Below are positions 21,066-31,882 of a stretch of DNA of 34,806 nucleotides, piece by piece. Within the stretch, counting starts at the first letter, position 1, and every line of letters starts with the position of its first letter. The DNA comes from Craspedostauros australis (lineage: Eukaryota). The stretch is from the NCBI GenBank assembly GCA_030167865.1, contig JALAGF010000584.1:1-34806 (forward strand), given 5' to 3'. The notes under the pieces are model-generated. The model did not search any database and was not told the origin of the DNA. It was given only the letters and a program-made list of their open reading frames with translations. The position numbers were made by a program, and so were the translations under genes.

Positions 21066-22832
21066 CTATGACCGGTCCACTTGCATCTGGAGTTTCGCGA
21101 TTTCGAGCGTCCTCATCTTGGCCGGGAGCGTCTTGCGACGAGGCGGCTGCCCGTCGCAGCGGGCTGCTACTGGCCGCGACGGCGGAATTTGGATCGTGTT
21201 GCCTTCCGGAGCCAAGAGAGCGAGGTTCAGTTTGGGGCGCGATGGCGCTGCGCCCCACGTCGCGTTGGTGGTTCCCACATTTGCGGGATTGTCGCCAGCC
21301 GTGGTGCTCGTGCTCACCGTGCCGTTGGAGGAGAGACGTCCTTTGGAGCTGAACATGCGGGAGAGCCGGTTGGAGCTGCGGTTCAGCGAGGATGTCGAAA
21401 CGGAGTTGGCCGACCACAGCGACGACGTTGACGACTTCTTTCCTCCGATGGATTTGTAGAGTCCATTCGGCTTTTTCTTGGCGCAGATAGTGGGCAGCAA
21501 CGGCTCTTTGTCCAGATCGACGGTTGGCAACCAATTCTTGCACTCCTTGATTTCTTGCATGTAGGTGCGCCGCAATTCTTCGCAATTAAGAATGCTACTG
21601 GACGCCTCCGAATCTTGTGATGGCGCCTGCAAGGCGAGAAGTTCCTCGACGGACCTGCAAACGTGCTTGGGAGGCATCTCGCCATCCATCAGCATGGTGT
21701 CCAATTGCTGCACGGCATGCTGCTGTCTCGTGGTGTGGATGTACTGGCGCTGAATGGATTTCACATTTCTTAGCGTCACACAAGCACCTGCGCAAAAGAG
21801 AGAGAGAGAGAGTGTGTGTGTGTGTGTGTGAGAGATGTATGTAGTTGTATGCTATTGCACAATGGAATATAATATTATAGTGCAATAGAATGGGCGCAGG
21901 GGCATCGTTGAAACCTGCATTGCGATTGATGCACTCGTCGTCGAGCACTCGCATCAGATGAGAGATACAAACAAGTTCGCTGTGCATAGTCATTGCTCCC
22001 ACCGACACCAGGATCGACGCCAACACCAGCTTGAACACCAGCTCGAACAGTATTTGTCACTACCATTCATCAACAATAGCAAACGCAACAGCACATGCAC
22101 ACACGTACCTGTCTTATTTCCCATCTCGTATCTGGCCACGCAAAGTTCGCCGAAGTACTTCAGCTTTCCGGTGTAGGACTGCAGGCGAGATTGTATCCCT
22201 TCCTTGGCCTCACTGATCTGCTGCTCGGCCTCAAGCCGTTGCTGCTGCTGCCGCTGTTCGAACCACGACATGGAGAATGGGATCGCATTCTTCCCATGAT
22301 TCGAGGACGTCGTGAGCTCGTCGCTGTCGCCACTCTTGACGTTGCTATCGCTCGTCCTCCTGGACATGCTGAAGCCGCTATGTTGCTTCATCATCGTCTC
22401 GCGGCCATCCTCGTCGCTGGCTTGACGATTGAAGAGCTCCATCTGCTGCGTCGTGATGCCCTCCTCGCTGGCGTTTGCCGAGCCGGCTGCAGCTCCCGAC
22501 ATGGCTATGCCTGCGCCGACGCTGCTGCCGTTGGAGAACGTCGAGGCCGTGGAGGTAGTCGACAAGTTGCGCCGGAGCTCTTTACCAGCTGTCGGAGGTC
22601 TTCGTGCAGGCCGCTGCCTTGGCGTGTGATGGGACCTTGACAGTCCCCAGTCGCCCTTCCTGCTGCTCCTCGTTCCCAGCGGATCGAGGTCGTTGGACTT
22701 GCTGCGCAGCGGAAGCTTGAACGACCGCGGTTTGCGAGGGATGATGGCGCTGTCGTCGTACGCGCCGGAGAGTGCTTCCACGGAGTCCTCATAGTCCTTG
22801 TAGCCCTGGTGGGAGAGCGATACTGACGGCAT
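21066..22832 (-). CDS. Two-exon hypothetical protein (~481 aa) with a central helical/coiled-coil domain; exons 22832-22109 and 21787-21066
   Basis: Donor ACAG|GTACGT (intron starts 22108) and acceptor CTCTTTTGCGCAG| (ends 21788) join track ORFs 21990..22832 and 21066..21779 in frame (phase 1). The junction reads ARYEMGNKT-G-ACVTLRNVK. The 321-nt intron contains a (CA)n(CT)n pyrimidine tract. Confidence 0.72.
21797..21834. repeat. Compound microsatellite (AG)n(TG)n
   Basis: Read directly; lies at the 3' end of the intron of the 21066-22832 gene. Confidence 0.9.
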
Positions 22833-25105
22833 GATGATGGGATGTTGTTGTGTGCTTCCTTGCTAGAATGTGTGCACGAGGAGTCGTACGAGTATGCTGG
22901 TCTTTGTCGACGCGTATGATCTAGTCTTGCTGGTTGCTGTTTGTACTTTCGTGCGTCTGGATGAGGGCGAAAACAATGTGATCGAAGATAATGCGACGAG
23001 ACGGGGCGGGGCGGAAGATGTCGCTGATGGATGCAACCGGAAGTGAAGACATGTGGAGCATCGCGCACCCAAATCCAATGGGAGGAGACGGGGGGGACTG
23101 TTGGAGTCAGTTCAAGCCACTTCTGGCCACTTCTCGATGTTGTCAATGGTGGATCGGTTGACGAATAGAACATGGAACACGGTGCAATCGATCGTGCTGC
23201 GGAGGATCGTACCGCCTGACCATTTGATGAGGTGCTGTTTACGACTACAGGGTCTCGTAGTGAAGGCGAGTGCCTTGAAGGACGACGTTCGACGTTGGGC
23301 CGCGAGAAGTTGTGTTCCTATCATCTCCGTCGCTCGTGATGATCCATTGCCTGGCTGCAGTGGTCGTGGGCGTGGCAGCGCACCCATTGGCTTGGAGATG
23401 TCCGAGCAACGCGTGCCGCCTCTTGGACTGATTGTTCGGGTTGATCTCGTTGTGATCTCCCACGGTTCTGAAGGGGGCATCAACAACATCCATCCGGGCC
23501 TTTTTATCGTCCATTGTCCAAAGAGGAGACGAGGCGGAGCTCGGGCGATGCGCTCCGTGTCGTTTCGGGCAACGCCACAGTGTCTCTCTCTCTCTCTCGC
23601 ACGCACGCACGCACCCACACCCTTCTCCACTCTCCCCCCTTTTTTGCGTGTTTCCTCACCGCAACTTCCACAGTCGTACATTTCATCACGACGCGACTGC
23701 TCTGCAAAATGTGACGTGATCGGATCCTGCGAATACCCAAGCCCAACACCAATGATGCGGAAATGACCGATTAATGGAAATGATTAAGTGATTCTGGAAT
23801 GCACAGTCCCAAGGGCAATTCTACCTTTCAATCTCGCGAGAAGCGAAGAGCGAGGCGCTAACCGGCCGATTTCTTCGTGTCTGCTATTTGTATCTGGCTT
23901 GCTGTTGGCGCATCAGCATAAACAGTTTGTGGCAGCACGTCGCCAGCTATTTTATCAGTAGCACCGACGGAAACCACGCGACAAGATCCGTTGATCCAAC
24001 TCTGGCGGATTCTGTCCTGTTGACAGACTAAAGCACAGAAGGGGGGCGGCGGGAATATCAGTCGAAATGTCATCCAAGACAGCGCAAGCATGGCGAGAAG
24101 CCACAGGACAAGAAATGCATTTGTCATTCCTGGGGTTGGTCATCGTCAACGCGGTCTTGGGTGGCGATGTGGGCGCGGCGGTACTCTACTCGTGTTGTTG
24201 TGACCACAGCGTATCCAAGGATATTTTCGTTCGTGTCGGAAGGAGGAACGGTTCTGGTCAGGGCGACAGCGGGGTTTCGCATCCACGGGTTGGTCTTGTC
24301 GGACGGTGCTTTGGTCGGACAAGTCAGAGAGGTGGCGCGGGTCTGTGCCGACATTGTGTTGGTACGGACGAATGAGGAATCCGTGGATGATGGATCGGAT
24401 AAATCGAAAATCGCGAACCATCCTCCACAAGCTACGAACACGATGAGTGCTCGTGCCGCGCATGCGAGAGGACAGCGGCCATCACTCTGTACCGAAGATC
24501 GTACCACACACTTCGACCAGTCCACTCCGTTGGAGGACCCTGCCCGGATCGGGTTCGCAGTCGTATGATCGGATCGTGTTGGGTTGGATGCAGATCCAGC
24601 ACGCGCCACCGACGTCCACCGCGTTCCGATGCCAATCGTGCCGAACATTCAAGAGCAGTCGTAAGTCCCAACGCCCCTCTCCGTCTCTCTCGATTGCGGT
24701 GACGATGCAAAAGATGGCCACCGCGACAGTGGGAACGGTAGCATCATCATCAACAGCACGATCCCACCAAGACCTCGATGGTTGTGCACGACGCAGAGCA
24801 CACAGAATGGAGGCAACAAGCAATGTGTAACATGTACTTATGTTTGCCGTGTTGTTGTTGTCGTTGTTTCTCACTTCTACTGCTAGAGACCTCCCCATTG
24901 CGACTTTGCATCTACATGAGTGCGTCCCGGATCACGTTTGGATCCGATCTTTCGGCCAAGATTCAGACAACACAGTGACAAGAAAGGGGAGGAAATGGTT
25001 GGACAATTCGAGATCGATCACAAGCTTGATCGGAACTCTGTTTGGCAGTGGCAACTCTGCGCTGCGCACAAACATCCAGAGTCGGCGCCTGGAATGCTTT
25101 AATCA

Positions 25106-26019
25106 CTAAAGCGCACGCTGACGCTTGCTGCCCTTGCCTTTTCCATCGCTGGACGATTTGGAGCCTTTGCCGCTGCTGGAGCTGCTCGTGGGGCTTGAAT
25201 GGCTACTGCTGCTGCTGCTTCCACCTTTGCCCTTGCCTTTGCCGTCGTGGGAAGAGGATGACTTGGAGCCCTTGCCCTTGCCCTCGCCGCTGGCGGAGCT
25301 TACATGAGCGACAGGCGCGGGCGTTGGCTTTGGCGCAGCTTGCGAGCTGGAGCCCTTCCCGCCTTTTCCTTTGCCAGCTTTGGAGCCCTTGCCCTTGCCT
25401 CCTTTTCTGTTGCCGTCCAAAGGTGTGCAGAGAGGGCGATGAGCGATGTCGAGAGCGCAATCCAAGACGTGAACAGGAGAGTGTTGCATGGTGTCGTGAT
25501 CGATTGGTGGAGTGGTTGATTCATGTACGGCGAAGCAAAGACAGAGAGAGGCAGGATGAGATCGATGGTTGGATCGAATCGGATGGGATGGACAGGGTGA
25601 ATGCAAGGAAGTTGCCATCGAATATGGTACATCTCACCACCACGCGAGCACCTCGATTGCGTCAACAACCAAATTCTCATCGCACCAAATACACAAACAG
25701 ATGCTGTCGTCGGTGATGGTTGCATCGCAGAGTTTCAAACTTACCCCGCCTTAGTGAGTTTCTGCGAACTGGATGAAGTGTGGCTGATGCTCATCTGAGC
25801 ACCATGGAGGATGCGGTCCAGATGGCGCATCTCCTCTTCCTTCATCCGGAGGAACTCGTTGCCCTCGCCTGCTCGCTGGACCTTGGGGGGTGCATCGTCC
25901 TTCGGTGTGGCATCGAAGATCAACCTGCGCCGGAGCTTCTGAACCATGGACGCCTCGGCCTGTTGATTCGGGATGATGTACAAGTGTAGCAGGCAAACTG
26001 CGATGAGGAATGTCTTCAT
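25106..26019 (-). CDS. Secreted silaffin-like Lys/Gly/Ser-rich protein (~191 aa), candidate diatom cell-wall protein; exons 26019-25745 and 25406-25106
   Basis: Signal-peptide-like start MKTFLIAVCLLHLYIIPNQQAEA (alternative ATG at 26046). Donor GG|GTAAGT at 25744 and acceptor CAACAG| at 25407 join in frame (phase 2). RXL motifs RRL, RHL, RIL and terminal RAL. Repeated KGSK/KGGK/KAGK with poly-Ser. Confidence 0.8.
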
Positions 26020-27550
26020 GGTGAATGTTGGTGTGGATGCTGTCATCTTTCGTTGCAGTTGATTGAAATTGTGCGAGGGCTGTGGATTGTCGATGTGGGA
26101 ATTATGGTGTCGATCGCGGTGTTGGTGTCGATCTTGACGTTAGTGTCGATGCTGATGCTGGAAGAAGACGGAAACCCAAACCGCCGTTTGTGGATTTGTG
26201 AGAATCATAGTGTGATTCGTCCTTCAGCTGTTCTTGGCGGCTTCGCTTGGTGGGATTTCTCTCTTTGTGTGTTGTGTGCCTTGCTCTGTGGCGCCTCGCT
26301 GCGCCAGTATCGTATCTCGAAGCGGAATGATATGGCCGTTGTTGCAGTTGCGGCTGATAAGGATGTTACTGTTGCTACTGTTGATCTCGTTTGGGTTGAT
26401 GTCATCACGGCTCTTGTTTGCTGTTGTCGGTGGCGGGTCGATGGTCGGAGGTACAGCCATCGACTGCAGTTGTGGGGTGTTGGGTTGGCCTGAGCGCTTC
26501 TCGCAGCACCAGTGCCGTTCTTTCAAAAAGGCAACAAGGGAAAAAGTGACGGTCATGTTGCAACTCGTCACATCGGCACGCATGACTCAGCTCATTCCTA
26601 AATTGATTATTGGGTCATGGATATTGATTATAAATGTCGCATCTCCTAAGTAAACAGAATGGAACGAACACGACGAAGGGAGCTGAACCACAGCGCAACC
26701 ACAAAACAGGCAACGCTCACACATTGGCAAAATCCCAAAACACATGATTGCGGAGATGGATCTGTATCGTGCCTCGAAAGTGAGGAGGTCTTTGGTCGTC
26801 GTTTCGTCACCAAGCATGTTCGTTCTGTTGAGTTGCCCCGATTCCCATTGCGTTGCTTTGCGTTGTTGTGCACAATGTCGGTGGATCGCATTCCCCGTCG
26901 GCGGAGTCGTTCGTCTCTGTGTGCGATGGATACAACCATCATATGCATCGTTCATTCTGGAACAATGCGATTGTCCGCCTGCGGGGCACGCCATTCTCGC
27001 GTCGCAACGTTTCTCCAATTTCGAAATGCTTTCTCCTGTTACTGGCAATAGCAGCGACTCGTATTGTTTTCGCTTGCCTTCATTGCTTTGGTCTTGGTCT
27101 CCTCAATTCGTAGGAGTACCTCGATGCATGTTGTTCGCTGCTCGTGTGATGCCAAACGCCAAACAATACGCATGTCTACTGGCTTCGATCCACTCGTGCC
27201 TCCGTTCACTCGGTGCTTGCTGCAATTTCCCATGTGGTGATGTGCATCACACATGATCGGTATCATTATCATTTCATTAGATGGAGTGCTTAACTCTGCT
27301 GGTGCCTCTCACACTCCTTGTGCGCATCATTCCGTACAGCCATGCGTCGGTGTCGGTGACACTCACAACATACAAGCACCTGCTCCAACAAGCACGTGCC
27401 GCCCGAAGTATCTGCATGCGCGCTCCTGATGGCACCAAACATGGACTTCGCGTGTGGATCGTCGTGGAATGGGCATAATGCACGTCCCAACGAAGCGAAC
27501 GACATGATGCTGGGTGAGACTGGGCATGTGATGCTGGGGGACCATGGCGG

Positions 27551-28230
27551 CTACTCCACGCGAGTCGACACACTGGAGGTTGTCGAGGCAGTTGTCGACC
27601 ACCTGGAGCAAATCGACGAACCTTCATCGGCAACGGTGTCCCCCTTCGTTTCAACATCCGAGCGGTGGTCCTCGAATACGGAGGTTACCCTTTCTTGAAT
27701 GTGTGCGGCCTTGGCAATGATCACAGTTGCAAATGCCGTCGATACAAGCTCATCCCCATCACTCCCTCTGGTTTGTGGTTGGAATGAAAGGGAGCGTTTC
27801 TCCTTCTCCTTCTCGTTCTGCTTTTGCCGCTGCAGCAACTGAGCAGCGGCCACAGCATTGGCATCTTCCTGCCCACGCAGCTGCTCGACGAAGAAATTGG
27901 GTTCGGTTTGTAGCGCACTGAGCTGATTCCTCATGCCGCACAACGCCCTCGTGCTCTTGACTCTGCGCTCGTTCCTCCGCATCTGCAATAATTGGATATT
28001 CTTGCGCAGCGACGTAACTTCTCGCGGCGTTCCTCCGCGACTGGGTCTGCACAATGGTCGTGCGGTGCTTGTCCATCGCAGCCACGAAGCCTGGGCTGCA
28101 TGATACGTACGGTTCGGCTCACCACCACCATCATTCTGATGTGCGCCTGACGCTCCTCGAGCAGGGCGATATTCTGCTTTTCGACTTCTTGGACTCTCCG
28201 CGTGTTTGCGCTGTCATCCTGGACACTCAT
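27551..28230 (-). pseudogene. Possible frameshifted or spliced coiled-coil gene fragment
   Basis: Coiled-coil-like peptide appears in successive different minus frames (VQEVEKQNIALLEERQ; AAMDKHRTTIVQ; EVTSLRKNIQLLQMRRNERR...NQLSALQ). No family recognised. Confidence 0.25.
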
Positions 28231-28512
28231 CGTGGTGCACTACGGTCGTATCGCTGAGGCGTATGATGGGAACCACGGTGGGCGTGAATGGAGAGTGATG
28301 ATTGCATGGTGCAAAACACAGCTCTATTCAATGAAGAACCGTTGAGTTGAGTTGAGGCACCCTGCTCCATGCTGTGATGATGATGACTGAGGACGACGTG
28401 ATGTTTTGGAACTCGTTCTCGTCATCGTTTTGCTGGTGCTGTTCCACTTGATGTTCACCATGATGTTCATCTGTCACATGACGTTGTTGATGGTGCAGTT
28501 GTTGTCGGAGGT

Positions 28513-28516
<4 letters not shown>

Positions 28517-28550
<34 letters not shown>
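28517..28550. repeat. (CT)n microsatellite
   Basis: About 17 CT units, read directly. Confidence 0.92.
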
Positions 28551-28551
<1 letters not shown>

Positions 28552-28945
28552 ACGGACCAAACTCCGCAAAGTTGACTCGCCAACAATCGTGGCAGACATC
28601 AGTTTGCGTTGAGATGGCTACCAATCACATGATTCAAACATGGACGATTCAACCCACGACACATTTCGAAGTAATCTACGGCATCATGTACAATTAGTAT
28701 TCGTTGAGTAATGGATGATGTCGCAACGCATGGTCAGGTCGGCGACGAGACTGAAGGTGGATCTTTCCATCACGGCAGCAAGGCACGGGAATTTCGTTGA
28801 AACTGGTACTCAGAGACAAACCAGCAGTCCCGGATGCAATCGTGCGTCACCGGACACATGCTCGTGCCCATTCGGCCACACGAACAACAGTGAAGGTGTC
28901 ATACAAACGTTAAACATACGTTATGACGGTTATTCAGCGACCAAC

Positions 28946-29135
28946 TAGTTTCAACGATTCTCTATTAGTTTCAACAAGTCGGGGTTAGTTTCAACGGTTC
29001 TTGATTAGTTTCAACAAGTCGGCGTTAGTTTCAACGGTTCTTGATTAGTTTCAACAAGTTGGTGTTAGTTTCAACGGTTCTTGATTAGTTTCAACAAGTT
29101 GGTGTTAGTTTCAACAAGTCAGCGATAGTTTCAAC
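28946..29135. repeat. Tandem array of 10 x TAGTTTCAAC at an exact 20-bp period, with alternating 10-bp linkers (40-bp higher-order unit)
   Basis: Copies start at 28946, 28966, 28986, 29006, 29026, 29046, 29066, 29086, 29106 and 29126. Linkers mostly alternate between GGTTCTTGAT-like and AAGTCGGCGT-like. Confidence 0.97.
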
Positions 29136-30695
29136 AGTTGCACAGTAGTGATTGACTCGTGTTTGGATGATCCTGAGAGCATCAGTTGGTTGCGGGGCCA
29201 ATCCGTGGCAAGTGACATCACTGGTTTCGGCTGTCGTCCGCATCCTGACGCCAAGAAAAGACTGTCACCAAGACACCCAACACAACAACACGACAATGGG
29301 GAAACAAAACAAAACTCTGCAAGGATCGTCAAATGCCATGTACGGCATTGCAACAACCATCAACCCAATTCCAGATCCAAGCATGTCAACGAAACCGCCA
29401 TGGAAAGCTTGGTGGATGGGCAAGGGGGCGCTGTCAGAGCGGCTCATTTGCGACAGCGGGAGCGAAAACAGCGAATGGCACAAAAAGGTGGCAAATTTCC
29501 ACGTTGGGTTCAGGCTATTTGTGGGAGATACAAGCCATTCCAACAACCATGGATAAGCAAATCGCATTGAGGAGATCAAGAAGAAGCCTCCTACGAAGTT
29601 CGAGTTGGAAAGACTGCCTGGAACGTTCGGACGGACAGGATCAAGTGGAGGGCAATCGGTGTTCGAGAGGTGGCATTGCATGCATCACCTGGCTTTGCTG
29701 GTGTGGTGGCACATGTGAACATCCATCACATTGCCAAACGACCCATATAAGATGTCTTCATCATCAAGTCGGGAATGGGGTGGAGAAGTGGGGATTGGTT
29801 CGATTGAGTGGGAGAGGTGGAAATCAAGAAAATGTGGCAGTCGCATTTCCGAGACAAAGAAAGCTGGCCATGGTACCAGCATCGGGATGAATTGAAATGC
29901 AGAGATACATCCTGAGGCATTGGAGGATGCATCAACATGCCCTCAATGAATCAGGGATCGAGGTATGATGCTTGGGGGAGGAGGAACATAGATGGTTGTG
30001 AACAGGAGGTATGGTCGGATGAAGCGGCTGTGTGAAGATCGACCCTCATTGTCAAGGTGTTGGTTTTCAGCAGTGAGCTGACAATGCGGATTGAAGGGAG
30101 ATACACTGGTGCATGCTTGCCAGGGATGGATACAAATGGGGTATATGGAGACAATGAGGTGTGCAAGTGAACGAAATGAGACATTCATGGGCATCGTCTT
30201 GGATGGCAAAGCAACGGCAGCATGGTCCCATCCAGAATTTTGCGCCACACACAATCGCACGTTGGCAACAAAATGATGTTAAATTTGAAGTCAATTTCAA
30301 TTTAAGTCCAATATTCTTATTCGCAACCAACGAGTTGTTCACATGGTACACTTAGTTTTAATTGTAGATGATGTGGTGTTGCGATATAGCATCATAAGCG
30401 TTTTTGGGATGGATTGCAATTTTGCTCCAGACTGGGCTACGCAACACGACTAATCCCACGCTGGAGATCTAAAAACTGTACAACTCGTGCTATCGGTTTG
30501 CCAAGTGAGTGTGGTGCATCGCGCGCCCAGATCTGCACAGAGACGGACACCACAGCACACACACAACAAGAACCAGCAATCATATCTGAAACCAAATACA
30601 TTGAAGATGATTGATAGTTAATTACATGCAGAGTGTTGAGTTCCTACTATTGTTAATTTTCTCCGGGTGTGGTAGTGATCGTGAGCGCAATGGCC

Positions 30696-31172
30696 TCACT
30701 TCTTGGACGTCTTCCTGTTGTTCTTTCGCTGCTGCCAGTAGAGTGATTCATACTTCGATCTCTTTGCTGCGTGAAAGTGCTTTCGAAACTGATCGATCGG
30801 AAAGACCTGATTGCAATTTCGCAGGTTGTGGACCTGCTTTGATGAGAGGCATTTCACAGCATCATCTTGCATGTCTTGCTTCAGCATTCGCTGTGCTTCC
30901 GATCCATCCCATCGCAGCTTTGATGCACGAGGTGTTGAGATGTGCATCCGTTCAAATGCTGCAAGTGCTTCATCAGCTTTGTTTGCTTCTTCTTCGTACT
31001 TCCTCCATTTCTTTCTTAGTCGATTGAGATTGTTCCGAAAGTTGGTGTACTTGATGCTGCCAAACTCAACCCTCCCTTCGTATATCTGCTTGGGAGTCAT
31101 CTCTGGTGTGATGGCTCCCATCTTCAGGTCCTTCTCCAGCACTGCTTTTGCGTCGGCCCATTTCATGGGCAT
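30696..31172 (-). CDS. Small basic helical protein with two internal repeats; putative transposon DNA-binding accessory protein
   Basis: 158-aa ATG ORF. Repeat 1: KWADAKAVLEKDL...TPKQIYEGRVEF....YTNFRNNL. Repeat 2: RWDGSEAQRMLKQDM...SSKQVHNLRNCN..FPIDQFRKHF. Basic NLS-like tail RKNNRKTSKK. Confidence 0.7.
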   Translation of the reverse strand: MPMKWADAKAVLEKDLKMGAITPEMTPKQIYEGRVEFGSIKYTNFRNNLNRLRKKWRKYEEEANKADEALAAFERMHISTPRASKLRWDGSEAQRMLKQDMQDDAVKCLSSKQVHNLRNCNQVFPIDQFRKHFHAAKRSKYESLYWQQRKNNRKTSKK

Positions 31173-31882
31173 CCTGTCTTGCGATGATGATCACCAGGCT
31201 TTCACGATGAGGGTTGCGATGGTGGCTGTGCCAAGAAGAGACGATGTATGTGATGATGGTCTTGCTGCGGTGTCAATGGACTTGCATTGAAAACACTCGA
31301 TGTCACCAATTTGGATACCATGGATGCGCACCATGCCATTCGATGTAGTTTGCTGGCGTTGTTGCAATGGTGCCCTGGGTGCACCTTCTGCTGTTGCTGC
31401 CAAGGTACTGGTATCAAGATTGTTGCTTCATCTGGTACCTTTCCGTGCAACATACCGTTTATCCTGTACCCGCATTTGCACATGACCATGGTGCTGTTTC
31501 CGTGTGTGTCCGTTGCTGACCATGTCCTTGCACATGGTGCTGTTGCATTTCAATCTCCTGGCTTGTGTTGCTCATCCGGTTGTTCGAATTACAGTTGGCC
31601 TTGCTTTCTCCAAGTTGGTGGGACCACATTCGTATTATACTTGGCACTGTCATTGTTTGTGTAGGTATGGTCTTGTGTGAAGTGATCATCATCAGCACAC
31701 AGAGAAATCTCTTCCTCTCTTCCTCGTGTCATTGCGTGCTCTTCTGTGGGTGGTGTCGGTGTTTGAATGGCAGCCAAAATTGGACTCTGCCGAACCATCA
31801 CAAAACCCACCAGCAGAGAAATTCAGGAGCCAATCAAGAGAACGCATTCGGCACCACACTCTGCGCCACACTCCAGCACACG

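Noticed and set aside
23053-24900. Overlapping 100-237 aa ORFs
   Set aside because: No frame is clearly protein-like and no convincing splice model was found.
25407-25618. N-terminal part of track ORF 25106..25618
   Set aside because: It falls inside the predicted intron of the silaffin-like gene.
28946-29135. CRISPR array (the reverse complement GTTGAAAC resembles CRISPR repeat ends)
   Set aside because: The repeat is only 10 bp, the 10-bp linkers are themselves repeated, there are no cas genes, and the context is eukaryotic.
31565-31882. Hydrophobic N-terminal extension of the 476-aa track ORF
   Set aside because: Non-ATG start in a CpG-eroded region between divergent genes; the ATG at 31883 is more plausible.
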